Source of the DNA: an uncultured Methylomirabilota bacterium
Lineage (GTDB): Bacteria > Methylomirabilota > Methylomirabilia > Methylomirabilales > 2-02-FULL-66-22
DNA: 64,000 bases
Reading direction: 5' to 3'
Assembly: GCA_963705305.1 (NCBI GenBank)
Contig: OY970067.1
Location: 288,001 to 352,000 of the forward strand
Positions 9,703-19,351 of the stretch are shown here, piece by piece. The notes beneath the pieces were generated by a model, which was not told the origin of the DNA, did no database searches, and was given only the letters and a program-made list of their open reading frames with translations. Position 1 is the stretch's first letter. The number at the start of each line of letters is the position of its first letter. A program made the translations under genes and the position numbers.

Positions 9703-9762
9703 TATTTTAAAATATTTTAGTCTATTTTAGACTTTTATATCTAAATAAATCACACGTGTCAA
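9703..9762 (-). promoter_or_regulatory. Sigma70 promoter with three 10-bp-phased direct repeats at and after the start site
   Basis: Minus strand TTGACA (9762-9757), 17 nt, TATAAA (9739-9734); plus-strand TATTTTA at 9703, 9713, 9723. Confidence 0.75.
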
Positions 9763-9980
9763 CTCCTAAAAAACATCAAAGCGTATTTTGGGGGAGCGGG
9801 TCCAGATTAATGGATAGATGGGGTCAGGCCCGCGTCTGGGAAGCAGTGGTTTGGGAAGGGTTCTACGGTCGAAGGGCGATGGTTCCCCCGGCAACAACCA
9901 GGAGCGGCCGAGGAATATAAGCGCCCCTGCTAACTGTTCAATTTGCCGAGGGATTCTCCGGGGAGCGAATTTCCCGCGGG

Positions 9981-10700
9981 CTATTGACCCAGCGTCAGAA
10001 CTCCCTGCATGGGATCAAGCTGTACGTGGAACCGGGAGAGGAAGGTGTTGCCCAGCAAGCCCACCACCTGACCGACGCCCGGAAGGTCGAGCACCGCGAC
10101 CTGCACGTCCCGCGCCTCGGCCCCGCCCACCCGGATGGACCCCACGCTGGCAATGGGAGCGCGGATGATGCCCGAGGCGGTGGCGATGGTCACCGTCGGC
10201 GAGCCGGCGCCGACGGAGATCCCCAACTCCTGCGCCAGCGCCGTCGAGATGGTGGTGAAGCTGGCGCCGGTGTCCAGGACGAACAGCGCCTCACGACGCC
10301 CGTTCAGCAGGGCGCGCACGAGAAAGGCATTGCTCGCGCGGATGAGCGGCACGGCGACCGTCCCCCCCTGCGAACTGGGCAGCTCGGCAAAACCGCCCAG
10401 GGACACGTCCACTTGCGACGTGAGTCCGGCCCGCACGGCCACGGCCCGGCTGGAAGAGGTGAAGCCCTGCTTGGAGACGTTCAAGCGGTAGTTCCCGGGA
10501 GGCACGCGAGTGAAGGTGAACCGTCCCTGGCTGTCGCTCCGCACGTCGCCCACACCCTCCAGATCAACGTCCGCCCCTTCCAGGAGGACGTTATTCTGTG
10601 AGACCACGCTGCCCACCACCGCCCCCGAGGCCGAGTCCTGCGCCCGGGCCGGGGTCGCCAGGAACAGCAGAACTGCCGCAACTGCCACCAATGCCCGCAT
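9981..10700 (-). CDS. Secreted retropepsin-like (clan AA) aspartic protease with carboxypeptidase-regulatory-like beta domain
   Basis: Signal peptide MRALVAVAAVLLFLATPARA; SDSQGRFTF..VPPGNYRL; FVLDTGAS; GLLGNTFL. Confidence 0.85.
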   Translation of the reverse strand: MRALVAVAAVLLFLATPARAQDSASGAVVGSVVSQNNVLLEGADVDLEGVGDVRSDSQGRFTFTRVPPGNYRLNVSKQGFTSSSRAVAVRAGLTSQVDVSLGGFAELPSSQGGTVAVPLIRASNAFLVRALLNGRREALFVLDTGASFTTISTALAQELGISVGAGSPTVTIATASGIIRAPIASVGSIRVGGAEARDVQVAVLDLPGVGQVVGLLGNTFLSRFHVQLDPMQGVLTLGQ

Positions 10701-11061
10701 GAGGTCCTCCACCGCTCGGGAGCACACGCGGAAACCAGGTTAAAGCCGGTCTCGCCCCCCGCCGTCCGCAGCCGTTGTCGAGATCGTATACTGCAGTTCG
10801 ACGGCAAAACACGCAAGGGAAATTCGTGCGTTTCGATGAGCCGACGCCGGACATTTCGGAAGGGGCTCGGCGTCTGCCGCTCCGGCAGTTCGATAGGCCC
10901 GAGGCCGAGCGGCATTCCTTCGCGGTCATTGTCGCCTCGGCTCTTCCCCCGCGGTGGTTGCTCTGAGCCGGCCCGGCAGTGGTGCGCCCAGAAGACATCT
11001 CCCCATGCCGCTTGCCTCGAAGCCGGTTGATCCGGGTACCCCGACCCTTCCGCGGAGTTGA

Positions 11062-13527
11062 CTACACCCCTTCCCGCTCCCGCGCGAGACGCGCCTCCTG
11101 CGAACAGTCCCGCCCCGGCGTGTAGCCGCGCAGGGGAATCAAGCGGGTGTGGACGGCGTCCAGGAGCCATTCGGGCTGGGGAAAGAACAGCGCTTCCTGC
11201 TCCGCCGCCGGGGTGATCCAGTTCCGGGCCCCCACGGTCACGACGGGCGCGTCCAGGGCGTCGAAGGCCAGCTCCTGGACAGTGGCCGCCAAGGTGTGGG
11301 CGAAGCCGCCCCTGGCGCAGGCGTCGCCGGCCACGAGGAGCCGGCCCGTCTTCCGCACCGACGCCAGGACCGGCCGGTAGTCGAAGGGGACCAGACTGCG
11401 GGCGTCGATCACCTCGGCGGCCAGGCCGAACTCTTGCTCCAGCCGGTCGGCGGCCTCCAGGGCCCGGTAGAGCGCGGCCCCGATGGTCAGGACGGTGAGG
11501 TCGGCCCCGGATCGCTTCACCTCCGGCAGGCCGAGGGGAATGGCGTAGTCGCCGGCCGGGACCTCCTTCTGGAACCACTCCGTTACCCCGTACAGGCGCT
11601 GGCTCTCAAAGAAGACCACCGGATCGCTTCCCGCCAGGGCCGCGGCCAGGAGTCCCTTGGCGTCGTAGGGGGTGGCCGGAAACACCACCTGGAGGCCGGG
11701 GACGTGGGCGGTCATGGCGCTCCAGTCCTGGGAGTGCTGGGCGCCGTACTTGCTCCCCACGCTGATGCGTAGGACCACCGGCAGCTCGAGGACGCCCGCG
11801 GACAGGGCCTGCCACTTGGCGAGCTGGTTGAAGATCTCGTCCCCCGCCCGCCCCAGGAAGTCGCAGTACATGAGCTCGACCAGGGCCCGCCCGCCCTCCA
11901 GGGCGTAGCCTACCGCGCTCCCAACGATGGCGCCCTCGGAGATGGGGGCGTTGAAGAGCCGGTGGTACGGGAGGCTCTCGGTCAGTCCCCGGTACACCGC
12001 GAACGCCCCGTCCCAGTCCCGGTTCTCCTCCCCGTAGATGATCAGCCGATCGTCGTGGTAGGCGCGGTGGAGGACCGCCTCGAAGAGGGCGTCGCGGACG
12101 GACACCGCTTTCATCTCGGGGAGCCGCTCGCCGGTGTTCGGGTCGATCCCGGACCGGCGCTTCCGAGCGATCTGCCGGAGCCGGCTGTTTTCCGCCATCG
12201 GCTTACACACCGCGCCGCCGGCGACAAGCGGCCCGGGGGGCACGGTCCGGCGGGAGAACATGACCCGCGCGATCGCCTCCTCCCTCAGGCGGGGGGAGAC
12301 CGCCGGATCGGCGGCCAGGCGGACGGCCTGGCAGACCTTCCCCGCGGCAAAGGCGTGCAGCCCATCCAGCTCCGCCTCGGTCGCGGCCCGGTCGGCCAGA
12401 AGTTGGGCCCGGAACTCTTGGAGGGGATCCGCGTCCTTCCAGAGCTGGAGCTCTTCCCGGGTACGGTAGGAGCCGGCGTCGCTGGGGGAGTGGCCGCTCT
12501 GACGATAGGTGATGATGTCGAGCAGCACGGGGCCGTCCCCGGCGGCGAGCACGGCCCGCTTGCGCCGGAGGGCGTCAATGACGGCCAGCGGGTTGTTCCC
12601 GTCCACGGTCTCGGCGTGCAGGTTCCACCGGTTGAGGCCGGCACCGAGAGCCGCCAGGCGCTGGAATCCCATGGTTTCGCCCCGGGTCTGGCCCCCCATT
12701 CCGTAGAAGTTGTCCATGAAGGCGAACAGCACCGGGAGCCCCCCGCGGTAGTCCGGCTCCCACAGGCTCCAGAGCTGGCCCATGGTGGCGAAGTGCAGGG
12801 CCTCCCACACGGGGCCGCAGCCGGCGGAGGCGTCCCCGATGTTCGCGACGACGATCCCGGGCTGGCGTCGGACCCTCTTCCAGAGGGCCGCCCCGGCGGC
12901 GATGCCGGCGCTCCCCCCCACGATGGCGTTGTTGGGAAAGATCCCGAATGGAGGGAAGAAGGCGTGCATGGAGCCGCCCAGGCCCCGGTTGAAGCCGGTG
13001 GCCCGCCCCAGGATCTCGGCCAGCAGCCCGTAGAGCAGATAGCTGACGGCCAGATCCTTCACCCCCTCTGACGGCTCGCGCTCGACCGCCCGCAGGATGT
13101 CGCCGCCGAGGTAGCCGGCCATGATCCGGGTGAGCTCCCCCTCGGAAAGCCGGCGGATGGCGGAGAATCCCTTGGCGAGGATCTCGGCGTGGCTCCGGTG
13201 GCTGCCGTAGATATGGTCCTCCGGCCCGAGGAGGAACGCCTCCCCGACGGCCGCCGCCTCCTGCCCGATGGACAGGTGCGCGGGCCCCGCGTGGACGCAG
13301 GCAACATCCCGGTAGCGGCCCAGCCGCTTGATCTCGTCCAGCATGGTCTCGAACTCGCGGATGAGGGCCATGTCGCGGTACAGCCCCACGGCATCCGCCG
13401 CCGAGAGGCGCCCCTCGGCGATCTCCGCGGCCAGGCTCTTGGCGTACTGGTTGACCGGGATGGTTCCCAGGTCGAGGGTCTCCGACCGGCGGACTTCGGC
13501 GGGATCAACGATGAGCGATTTCACCAT
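11062..13527 (-). CDS. TPP-dependent 2-oxoacid dehydrogenase E1, fused alpha/beta subunits
   Basis: HLSIGQEA, SHRSH, GGSMH, GDA..N TPP motif, YRQSGHSPSD, NAPISE, GAQHSQ; start MVKSLIVDP. Confidence 0.9.
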   Translation of the reverse strand: MVKSLIVDPAEVRRSETLDLGTIPVNQYAKSLAAEIAEGRLSAADAVGLYRDMALIREFETMLDEIKRLGRYRDVACVHAGPAHLSIGQEAAAVGEAFLLGPEDHIYGSHRSHAEILAKGFSAIRRLSEGELTRIMAGYLGGDILRAVEREPSEGVKDLAVSYLLYGLLAEILGRATGFNRGLGGSMHAFFPPFGIFPNNAIVGGSAGIAAGAALWKRVRRQPGIVVANIGDASAGCGPVWEALHFATMGQLWSLWEPDYRGGLPVLFAFMDNFYGMGGQTRGETMGFQRLAALGAGLNRWNLHAETVDGNNPLAVIDALRRKRAVLAAGDGPVLLDIITYRQSGHSPSDAGSYRTREELQLWKDADPLQEFRAQLLADRAATEAELDGLHAFAAGKVCQAVRLAADPAVSPRLREEAIARVMFSRRTVPPGPLVAGGAVCKPMAENSRLRQIARKRRSGIDPNTGERLPEMKAVSVRDALFEAVLHRAYHDDRLIIYGEENRDWDGAFAVYRGLTESLPYHRLFNAPISEGAIVGSAVGYALEGGRALVELMYCDFLGRAGDEIFNQLAKWQALSAGVLELPVVLRISVGSKYGAQHSQDWSAMTAHVPGLQVVFPATPYDAKGLLAAALAGSDPVVFFESQRLYGVTEWFQKEVPAGDYAIPLGLPEVKRSGADLTVLTIGAALYRALEAADRLEQEFGLAAEVIDARSLVPFDYRPVLASVRKTGRLLVAGDACARGGFAHTLAATVQELAFDALDAPVVTVGARNWITPAAEQEALFFPQPEWLLDAVHTRLIPLRGYTPGRDCSQEARLAREREGV

Positions 13528-13891
13528 GAGTCGGGGGCTCCATCCCTTCGGCGGACGTCTCGGCCCGCCGAAAACATTCGTGCGGAGCGGCGGTCCCCTC
13601 GCCCCTGCTTCGCATGATTGCGGATATACTCGACGAATCCCCGGACATGTCAAGCCCGTAATTTATCCGCTGGCGGCGCATTGATGGGTGGAAGCGCGGT
13701 CTCTCCACCCCCACCAGCCCTGCCGGATCCCCATGCGACGCCACGGCGGAGATCGCCAGGCCGCGCGCCCAGGTGCGCCTCCAAACGGAGACGCGTTCCC
13801 GCCGGAAGATCTTCACGGGCCGCCGGCACTGGGCGCAGATCGCCCGCATCCCCCCTGGAGGGACGGGCACCTTGGTCCTACCCTCCCGGAT

Positions 13892-13920
13892 TTGACAGAC
13901 CGACCCTGGGGGAATAGCCT
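13892..13920 (+). promoter_or_regulatory. Sigma70-type promoter of the APC permease
   Basis: TTGACA, 17 nt, TAGCCT. Confidence 0.55.
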
Positions 13921-14052
13921 ACTAACTAGATCGTGTTTCACACCTATTTCAGTGACCCTGGATTGGGTCCAAGTCCGGATCACCCTTTCCGGCACTGGCG
14001 CCTGACGACAGCCGAGTTTCATCCGGCCGTTGACAGGCAGGGGGGATAGGCC

Positions 14053-15942
14053 ATGGCTGACCGGAAATTGAAGGTCGTCGATTTCGAATCTGCGGATCGT
14101 GAGTTGCGCAGGACGATGCCCCTGCAACACTTGCTGTTCCTCTCCCTCGGCGGCATCATTGGATCGGGCTGGCTGTTCGCCGTCCTGGATGCCGACTCCA
14201 CCGCGGGGCCCGCCTCGGTCCTTTCGTGGGTCCTGGGGGGCATATTTGTGCTGCTGATTGCCCTCACCTACGCGGAGATCTCGGGGATGCTGCCCCGCAG
14301 CGGCGCGATCGTGCGTTACCCGGCGCTCACCCACGGGGCCTACACCGGGTTCATCCTCGGGTGGGCGTACTTGCTGGCTGCCGTCTCCGTGGCGGCCATC
14401 GAGGCAGAGGCGGTCGTCACCTACCTGTCCTCGAAGTTCCAGGGCGCCAACTTCACCGCGACGGAGAACGGCGTCAAGGTGCTCACCTGGCCGAACGGCA
14501 TCGGCTTCGCCGTGGGCCTGATGGCCCTCTTCTTCGTCGTGAACTATGCGGGAGTCCGCTTCCTCTCCGAGTTCAACCGCTGGATCACCTGGTGGAAGCT
14601 GATCATCCCGACGCTCACCTTCCTGCTGCTCTTCCTGGCGTTCAAAGGATCCAATTTCACGGCGTACGGGGGCTTTGCCCCGCTCGGTACGGCGCCGGTC
14701 TTCCAGGCGCTGGCGACCTCCGGCATCGTGTTCGCCTATCTGGGCTTCCGCCAGGCGCTCGACTTCGGGGGCGAGGCCCGGAACCCGCAGCGCGACGTGC
14801 CCCTCGCGACGATCCTATCGGTGCTGATCGGCATGGCCCTCTACGTGCTGCTCCAAATCGCCTTCACCGGCGCGCTCGACTTCGGCAAGGCGGGCATTCC
14901 GGCCGGCGCCTGGGGACAGCTCAAGGGGAGCAGCTGGGCCAGCGGGCCGCTCTACTCCGCCCTGAATGCCGCCGGCATCGGGTTGCTGGGCGCGTTCGCC
15001 TCGATCCTGTTGATCGACGCGGCGATCTCGCCGTCGGGCACGGGCTGGATCTACCTCGGGACGGGCGCGCGCTCCTTCTACGGCCTGAGCGTGAACCGCT
15101 ACTTCCCGCGCACCCTGCAGGTCATGAACCGCTTCCGCATCCCGGTCGTCTCGCTGGCCGCGGCGGCCGTCGTGGGATGCCTCTTCTTCATTCCCCTGCC
15201 GAGCTGGTACACCCTGGTGGGGTTCATCACCTCGGCGACGGTGCTGACCTACATCATGGGCGGCATCGGGCTGCCGGTGCTCCGGCGGACCGCTCCCGGA
15301 CTGGCGCGGCCCTTCCGGCTCCCCGTCGCCAACCTCATCTCGCCGCTCAGCTTCCTGGCGGCGCTGATGGTGGTGTACTGGGCCGGCTTCACGACCCTCG
15401 TCAACGTGTTCGCGGCCGTCTTCGTCGGGCTCTGCCTCTTCGTCTGGTTCTATGCGCCGAACGAAGGGTGGATCGGGCGCGGCGCCGGCGCAGCACTGGG
15501 AATCGCCTTCCTGGTCGTCTGGGTCGCCGTCAACAAGCTGGGCGGCTGGATCCTCAACACGGGCTCCAGCGCGGCGCCGGGCTCCCTGAGCTTCCCGGCG
15601 TACTTCGCGCTGTTCGCCGCCACCCTGATCGTCTTCTCCGCGATCTTGTGGTGGCTCAGCAGCTCCACCGGACGGCAGCACGTCGCGCGCTCGACCTGGC
15701 TGCTGTTCATGCTGCTGGGGACATTCCTCCTCTCCTACTACGGCGAGTACGGCCCGCTCAAGCCCGCGCCGATCCCCTTCCCGGTGAGCGATCTGCTGGA
15801 GGTCACGTTGGGCCTGGTCGCGTACTACTGGGGGGTGGCCAGCGGGTTCGCAACGGATGAGCTCCAGGTAATCATCGGAGGCGAGCAGACGAAACCGGGC
15901 CAGCCCGGCCCGTCGCAGCGGGACCTCAGATCCGCGGCGTGA
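14053..15942 (+). CDS. APC-family amino acid permease
   Basis: GGIIGSGWLF, YAEISGMLPRSG, FAYLGFRQALDFGGEARNPQRDVP; many hydrophobic helices. Confidence 0.92.
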   Translation: MADRKLKVVDFESADRELRRTMPLQHLLFLSLGGIIGSGWLFAVLDADSTAGPASVLSWVLGGIFVLLIALTYAEISGMLPRSGAIVRYPALTHGAYTGFILGWAYLLAAVSVAAIEAEAVVTYLSSKFQGANFTATENGVKVLTWPNGIGFAVGLMALFFVVNYAGVRFLSEFNRWITWWKLIIPTLTFLLLFLAFKGSNFTAYGGFAPLGTAPVFQALATSGIVFAYLGFRQALDFGGEARNPQRDVPLATILSVLIGMALYVLLQIAFTGALDFGKAGIPAGAWGQLKGSSWASGPLYSALNAAGIGLLGAFASILLIDAAISPSGTGWIYLGTGARSFYGLSVNRYFPRTLQVMNRFRIPVVSLAAAAVVGCLFFIPLPSWYTLVGFITSATVLTYIMGGIGLPVLRRTAPGLARPFRLPVANLISPLSFLAALMVVYWAGFTTLVNVFAAVFVGLCLFVWFYAPNEGWIGRGAGAALGIAFLVVWVAVNKLGGWILNTGSSAAPGSLSFPAYFALFAATLIVFSAILWWLSSSTGRQHVARSTWLLFMLLGTFLLSYYGEYGPLKPAPIPFPVSDLLEVTLGLVAYYWGVASGFATDELQVIIGGEQTKPGQPGPSQRDLRSAA

Positions 15943-15956
15943 CCCCAATCCTGCGC

Positions 15957-15995
15957 GTTCAGGGGGGTGGCGGACCGGCCGCCACCCCCCTGAAC
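15957..15995. terminator. 17-bp perfect hairpin after the permease
   Basis: GTTCAGGGGGGTGGCGG-ACCGG-CCGCCACCCCCCTGAAC; no U-tract. Confidence 0.55.
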
Positions 15996-16332
15996 ATCAA
16001 GCGGGAGCCCGCGAGCCCGATCGGCCTCGAGCCCCACACCTCCCCCTCGAATCACGCGCACACTTCTCCCGCACGCGAGCAGTCGCGGCCTCCCGCCTCC
16101 CGGCCCCGTTCGCCCGCATGGGCGCCCATTCGCAAGATTCGTCTTGACCCCCGCCTCTCTGCGAAGGTAATAATGCCGCCACGCACGTTGGCCCGGAACG
16201 CCGCGCCTGCTGTTTTCTCCTGGATGCGCAGGAGAGTCCGCTTCCGATGGCGCTTCCGTTGCCGTTTCTCGCCTGGATCCCGGGAAACCGCCTTCGCGCC
16301 GGGTCGCCGACGCCTAAAGAGGAGATTGCACG

Positions 16333-17523
16333 ATGAAGCCGGTGCGCGTCGGTATGGTGGGCGCGGGGTTCTCCGCGGCGTTTCACCTGCGCTCCTACCG
16401 GCAGGTGCAGGGCGTCCCCGTACAGATCGCCGCCCTAGCGAGCCGGACCAGGTCCCGCGCCGAAGGCCTGGCGGGGCAGTTCGGCATCCCGACCGTGCAC
16501 GACGACTACCGCCGGCTCCTGGACGATCCTTCCATCGTCGTCATCGATCTCTGCGTGCCGAATGCCCTGCACCTTCCCTTGGTCTTGGAGGCCGCCAAGG
16601 CCGGCAAGCACGTCATCTGCGAAAAACCGCTCACGGGGTATTTCGGCCAGGGGGAGGCGAAGGTGGGCGCCACCTCCAAGCGGGTGATGCTCGAAAAGGT
16701 GCGCGCCGACCTTGCCGAGGTCACCCGCGTGACGACGGAGTACCCGGTAAAGTTTTGCTACGCGGAAAACTGGGTCTACGCGCCGGCCGTGCGAAAGGCC
16801 CTGGAGATCCTCGACCGCTTCGCGTCCACCGCATCCATTCTCGAGATCCGCGGCGAGGAGTCTCACAGCGGCTCCCACTCGGAGTACTCGAAGTGGTGGC
16901 GCCACGCGGGGGGCGGCTCGCTGGCGCGGCTGGCGGCCCACCCCATCGGGCTGGGCCTGTTCCTCAAACACGTCGAAGGGAGGAAGAAGACGGGGCGGCC
17001 GATTCTCCCGGTCGAGGTGCTGGCCGACGGCGTCGATCTCACGAAGACCCCCGCCTTCGCCTCGGCGCAGGGCTCCCCCCTGGTGACCGGCTGGGGAGAT
17101 GTGGAGACCTGGGCGCAGGCGACCGTCACCTTCTCCGATGGCAGCCGGGGCATCTTCCTCGGCGCCGACGATTTGCTGGGCGGCATGGAATCGACGGTGG
17201 ACATCCGCCTCAGCAACGCCCGGCTGAAGCTCGACTTCCTGCCGGTCCGCGTCTGCCAGCTCTTCACCGTGGATCCAACACCGGTGCAGGACGTTTACTT
17301 CAATGAGAAGCAGGAGACCAAGGCCGGCCTCTCCTTCCCCAATCCGGATGAGGAATGGATGCTGGGCTACCCGCAAGAAATCCAGGATTTCATGGAGGCC
17401 GTCGCGCATGACCGGGCGCCCGCGAGCGGGCTGGAGCTGGCCAAGCAGGTGGTCGAGGTGGTCTACGCCGGCTACGTGTCCATGGAGGAGCGGCGGAAGA
17501 TCGCCGTGTCCGCAACCGCGTAG
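16333..17523 (+). CDS. Gfo/Idh/MocA-family NAD(P)-dependent oxidoreductase
   Basis: VGMVGAGF, HVICEKP, YAENWVYAP, AGGGSL. Confidence 0.9.
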   Translation: MKPVRVGMVGAGFSAAFHLRSYRQVQGVPVQIAALASRTRSRAEGLAGQFGIPTVHDDYRRLLDDPSIVVIDLCVPNALHLPLVLEAAKAGKHVICEKPLTGYFGQGEAKVGATSKRVMLEKVRADLAEVTRVTTEYPVKFCYAENWVYAPAVRKALEILDRFASTASILEIRGEESHSGSHSEYSKWWRHAGGGSLARLAAHPIGLGLFLKHVEGRKKTGRPILPVEVLADGVDLTKTPAFASAQGSPLVTGWGDVETWAQATVTFSDGSRGIFLGADDLLGGMESTVDIRLSNARLKLDFLPVRVCQLFTVDPTPVQDVYFNEKQETKAGLSFPNPDEEWMLGYPQEIQDFMEAVAHDRAPASGLELAKQVVEVVYAGYVSMEERRKIAVSATA

Positions 17524-17548
17524 GCGTCGCGCCCGAGGGGGAATATAG

Positions 17549-18784
17549 ATGAAGGCCGATCTGTTCGATCTTCCCGTCAGCATCGGAAACGTCACGCTGC
17601 GGAACCCCTTTATCGTCGGCTCGGGGCCGACGGTGAAGAATCTGGAGCAGCTCAGGCTCATCGAGCAATGCGGCTGGGGCGCGGCCTCCACCAAGCAGAC
17701 ATACAACCCCCGGCCCTACATCAGCTACGACCCCCGCTACCGCTGGCTGAAGAAGGAGAAGCTTCACATCTTCACCGCCGAGCACCGGCTGGACATGGAG
17801 ACCGGCCTGCGGCTGGTCGAGGGGGCGCGCAAAGCCTGCCGCGACCTGGTGATCATCGCCAACTACTCCGACAGCGGCGACAACCTCGACAGCTGGGAGG
17901 AAGGGGCCCGACGCTTCGAGGCGGCGGGCGCGCAGATTCTGGAGCTCAATTTCTGCTGCCCCAACATGTCCTTCAGCGTGGATGTCTCGGATCCCGCGCA
18001 CAGGGAGCAGCGCGTCTCGTCGGGTGCCAGTATGGGCCAGGAGGAGGCGCAGGTGACGGCCGTCGTCGGGAGGCTCCGCAAGGCGCTCGGCATTCCCATC
18101 ATCGCCAAGTTGACCCCCGAGGGGGGGCGCATCGGCCAGGTGGCCAAGGCGGCCATCGATGCGGGCGCCGACGCCGTGAGCGGCGTGGCCAACCGGCTCG
18201 GCATCGCCCCCATCGACATCTGGAACTACCGGAAGCCCATCTACAACCTCCAGGGGGAAAACACCCTGGGATGCTTGTCCGGGCCCTGGATCCGGCCGCT
18301 GGCCATGCGGGATGTCTTCGAGATGCGCAAGCTCCTGGGCCCGGGCCCGCACATCAACGGCACCGGCGGCATTGCCTCGATGCCCGACGCGGTCCAGATG
18401 ATGATGTGCGGCGCCGACACCATCGGCGTCTGCACGGAGACCATGCTCCGGGGCTTCGCCTTCCTAGAGCATTGGATGAAGGCCCTCAAAGACTACATGC
18501 AGAAAATGGGCTTTCAGACGGCCCGGGACATCCGGGACCTCTTGCTGCCCGAGCTGAAGTCGGCCGCCGAGCTGACCCTGTGGGCCGGCTACGCCCGGGT
18601 GGACACGGCCAAATGCTCGGGCTGCGGCGAGTGCGTCGAGATCGGCCATTGCGACGCCATCACCATGATCGACGGCGTCGCCTACGTGGATCCCAAGCTG
18701 TGCAAGGGCTGCTCCACCTGCATCGACGTTTGCCCGAAGCAGTCCATCAGCATGGTGGAAGAGCGGGTGACACCGCAGTTGTAA
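17549..18784 (+). CDS. Dihydropyrimidine dehydrogenase PreA-like / DHOD-family FMN enzyme with 2x[4Fe-4S] domain
   Basis: LRNPFIVGSGP, ELNFCCPN, PIIAKLTP, LSGPWIRP, GTGGI; CSGCGECVEIGHC and CKGCSTCIDVCP. Confidence 0.8.
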   Translation: MKADLFDLPVSIGNVTLRNPFIVGSGPTVKNLEQLRLIEQCGWGAASTKQTYNPRPYISYDPRYRWLKKEKLHIFTAEHRLDMETGLRLVEGARKACRDLVIIANYSDSGDNLDSWEEGARRFEAAGAQILELNFCCPNMSFSVDVSDPAHREQRVSSGASMGQEEAQVTAVVGRLRKALGIPIIAKLTPEGGRIGQVAKAAIDAGADAVSGVANRLGIAPIDIWNYRKPIYNLQGENTLGCLSGPWIRPLAMRDVFEMRKLLGPGPHINGTGGIASMPDAVQMMMCGADTIGVCTETMLRGFAFLEHWMKALKDYMQKMGFQTARDIRDLLLPELKSAAELTLWAGYARVDTAKCSGCGECVEIGHCDAITMIDGVAYVDPKLCKGCSTCIDVCPKQSISMVEERVTPQL

Positions 18785-18925
18785 TCGTCCCGCCAGCATT
18801 CAAGCGCGCGCTGCGCATGGGGGGGCGAGAAGAAGCACCCCACGTTCAGGTGCTCATCCCGGAGCCGGCCGCTGAAAGACTCACTGTCGCCGATCTCCCG
18901 GGAATTCTCTGCCCCGATAAACAAG
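18770..18925 (-). mobile_element. Degraded IS3-family transposase remnant (integrase core C-terminus)
   Basis: FIGAENSREIGDSESFSGRLRDEHLNVGCFFSPPHAQRALECWRDDYN resembles the IS3 consensus N..IESFNGRLRDECLN..WF.SL..A...IE.WR.DYN. Confidence 0.75.
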
Positions 18926-19015
18926 GGGCGTGCATCAAACCAGGAGAGTCGCGCTCAGATCGCCCGGACGCAGAGGGCATGGGCGGACCACCTCACGGAC
19001 GAAAGGAGTCGTGCC

Positions 19016-19351
19016 ATGCGACGACTGCTGGGAGTGGCAGGCGGATGCATTCTGGCCCTGGCCGTGTGGACGCTGGCCGTGCAGGCGCAGCAGCCCCCGA
19101 GCGGGCAGTCGGCGCCGCCCCAGAAGCAGATGCTGCAGCGTGGCGAACGGCACCCCCAAATCCGGGCGGCGATGCAGGCCCTCATGAACGCCGAACGGCA
19201 CTTGCAGGAGGCGGCCCACGACTATGGCGGGCACCGGGTGAAGGCGATGGAGCTGATCAAACAGGCCGAGGAGGAACTGCGGGCCGGCCTGGCGTGGGAC
19301 CGGACCCACGAGCAGCAGGGGGGTCAGCGGGGGTCGCCGACCAAGCCGTAA
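19016..19351 (+). CDS. Small secreted helical His-containing hypothetical protein (GGHR motif)
   Basis: AAGGAG RBS, signal peptide ending VQA, HPQIRAAMQALMNAERHLQEAAHDYGGHRVKA. Confidence 0.75.
   Translation: MRRLLGVAGGCILALAVWTLAVQAQQPPSGQSAPPQKQMLQRGERHPQIRAAMQALMNAERHLQEAAHDYGGHRVKAMELIKQAEEELRAGLAWDRTHEQQGGQRGSPTKP

Noticed and set aside
9870..9940. GGCGATGGTTCCCCC resembling a fluoride riboswitch 5' end
   Set aside because: The 3' pseudoknot element is missing and there is no downstream + strand gene
10800..10840. GGCAAAAC...GAAA... resembling a c-di-GMP-I riboswitch (similar case near 52540)
   Set aside because: No GACGCAAA junction or second stem, and wrong strand for the neighbouring genes
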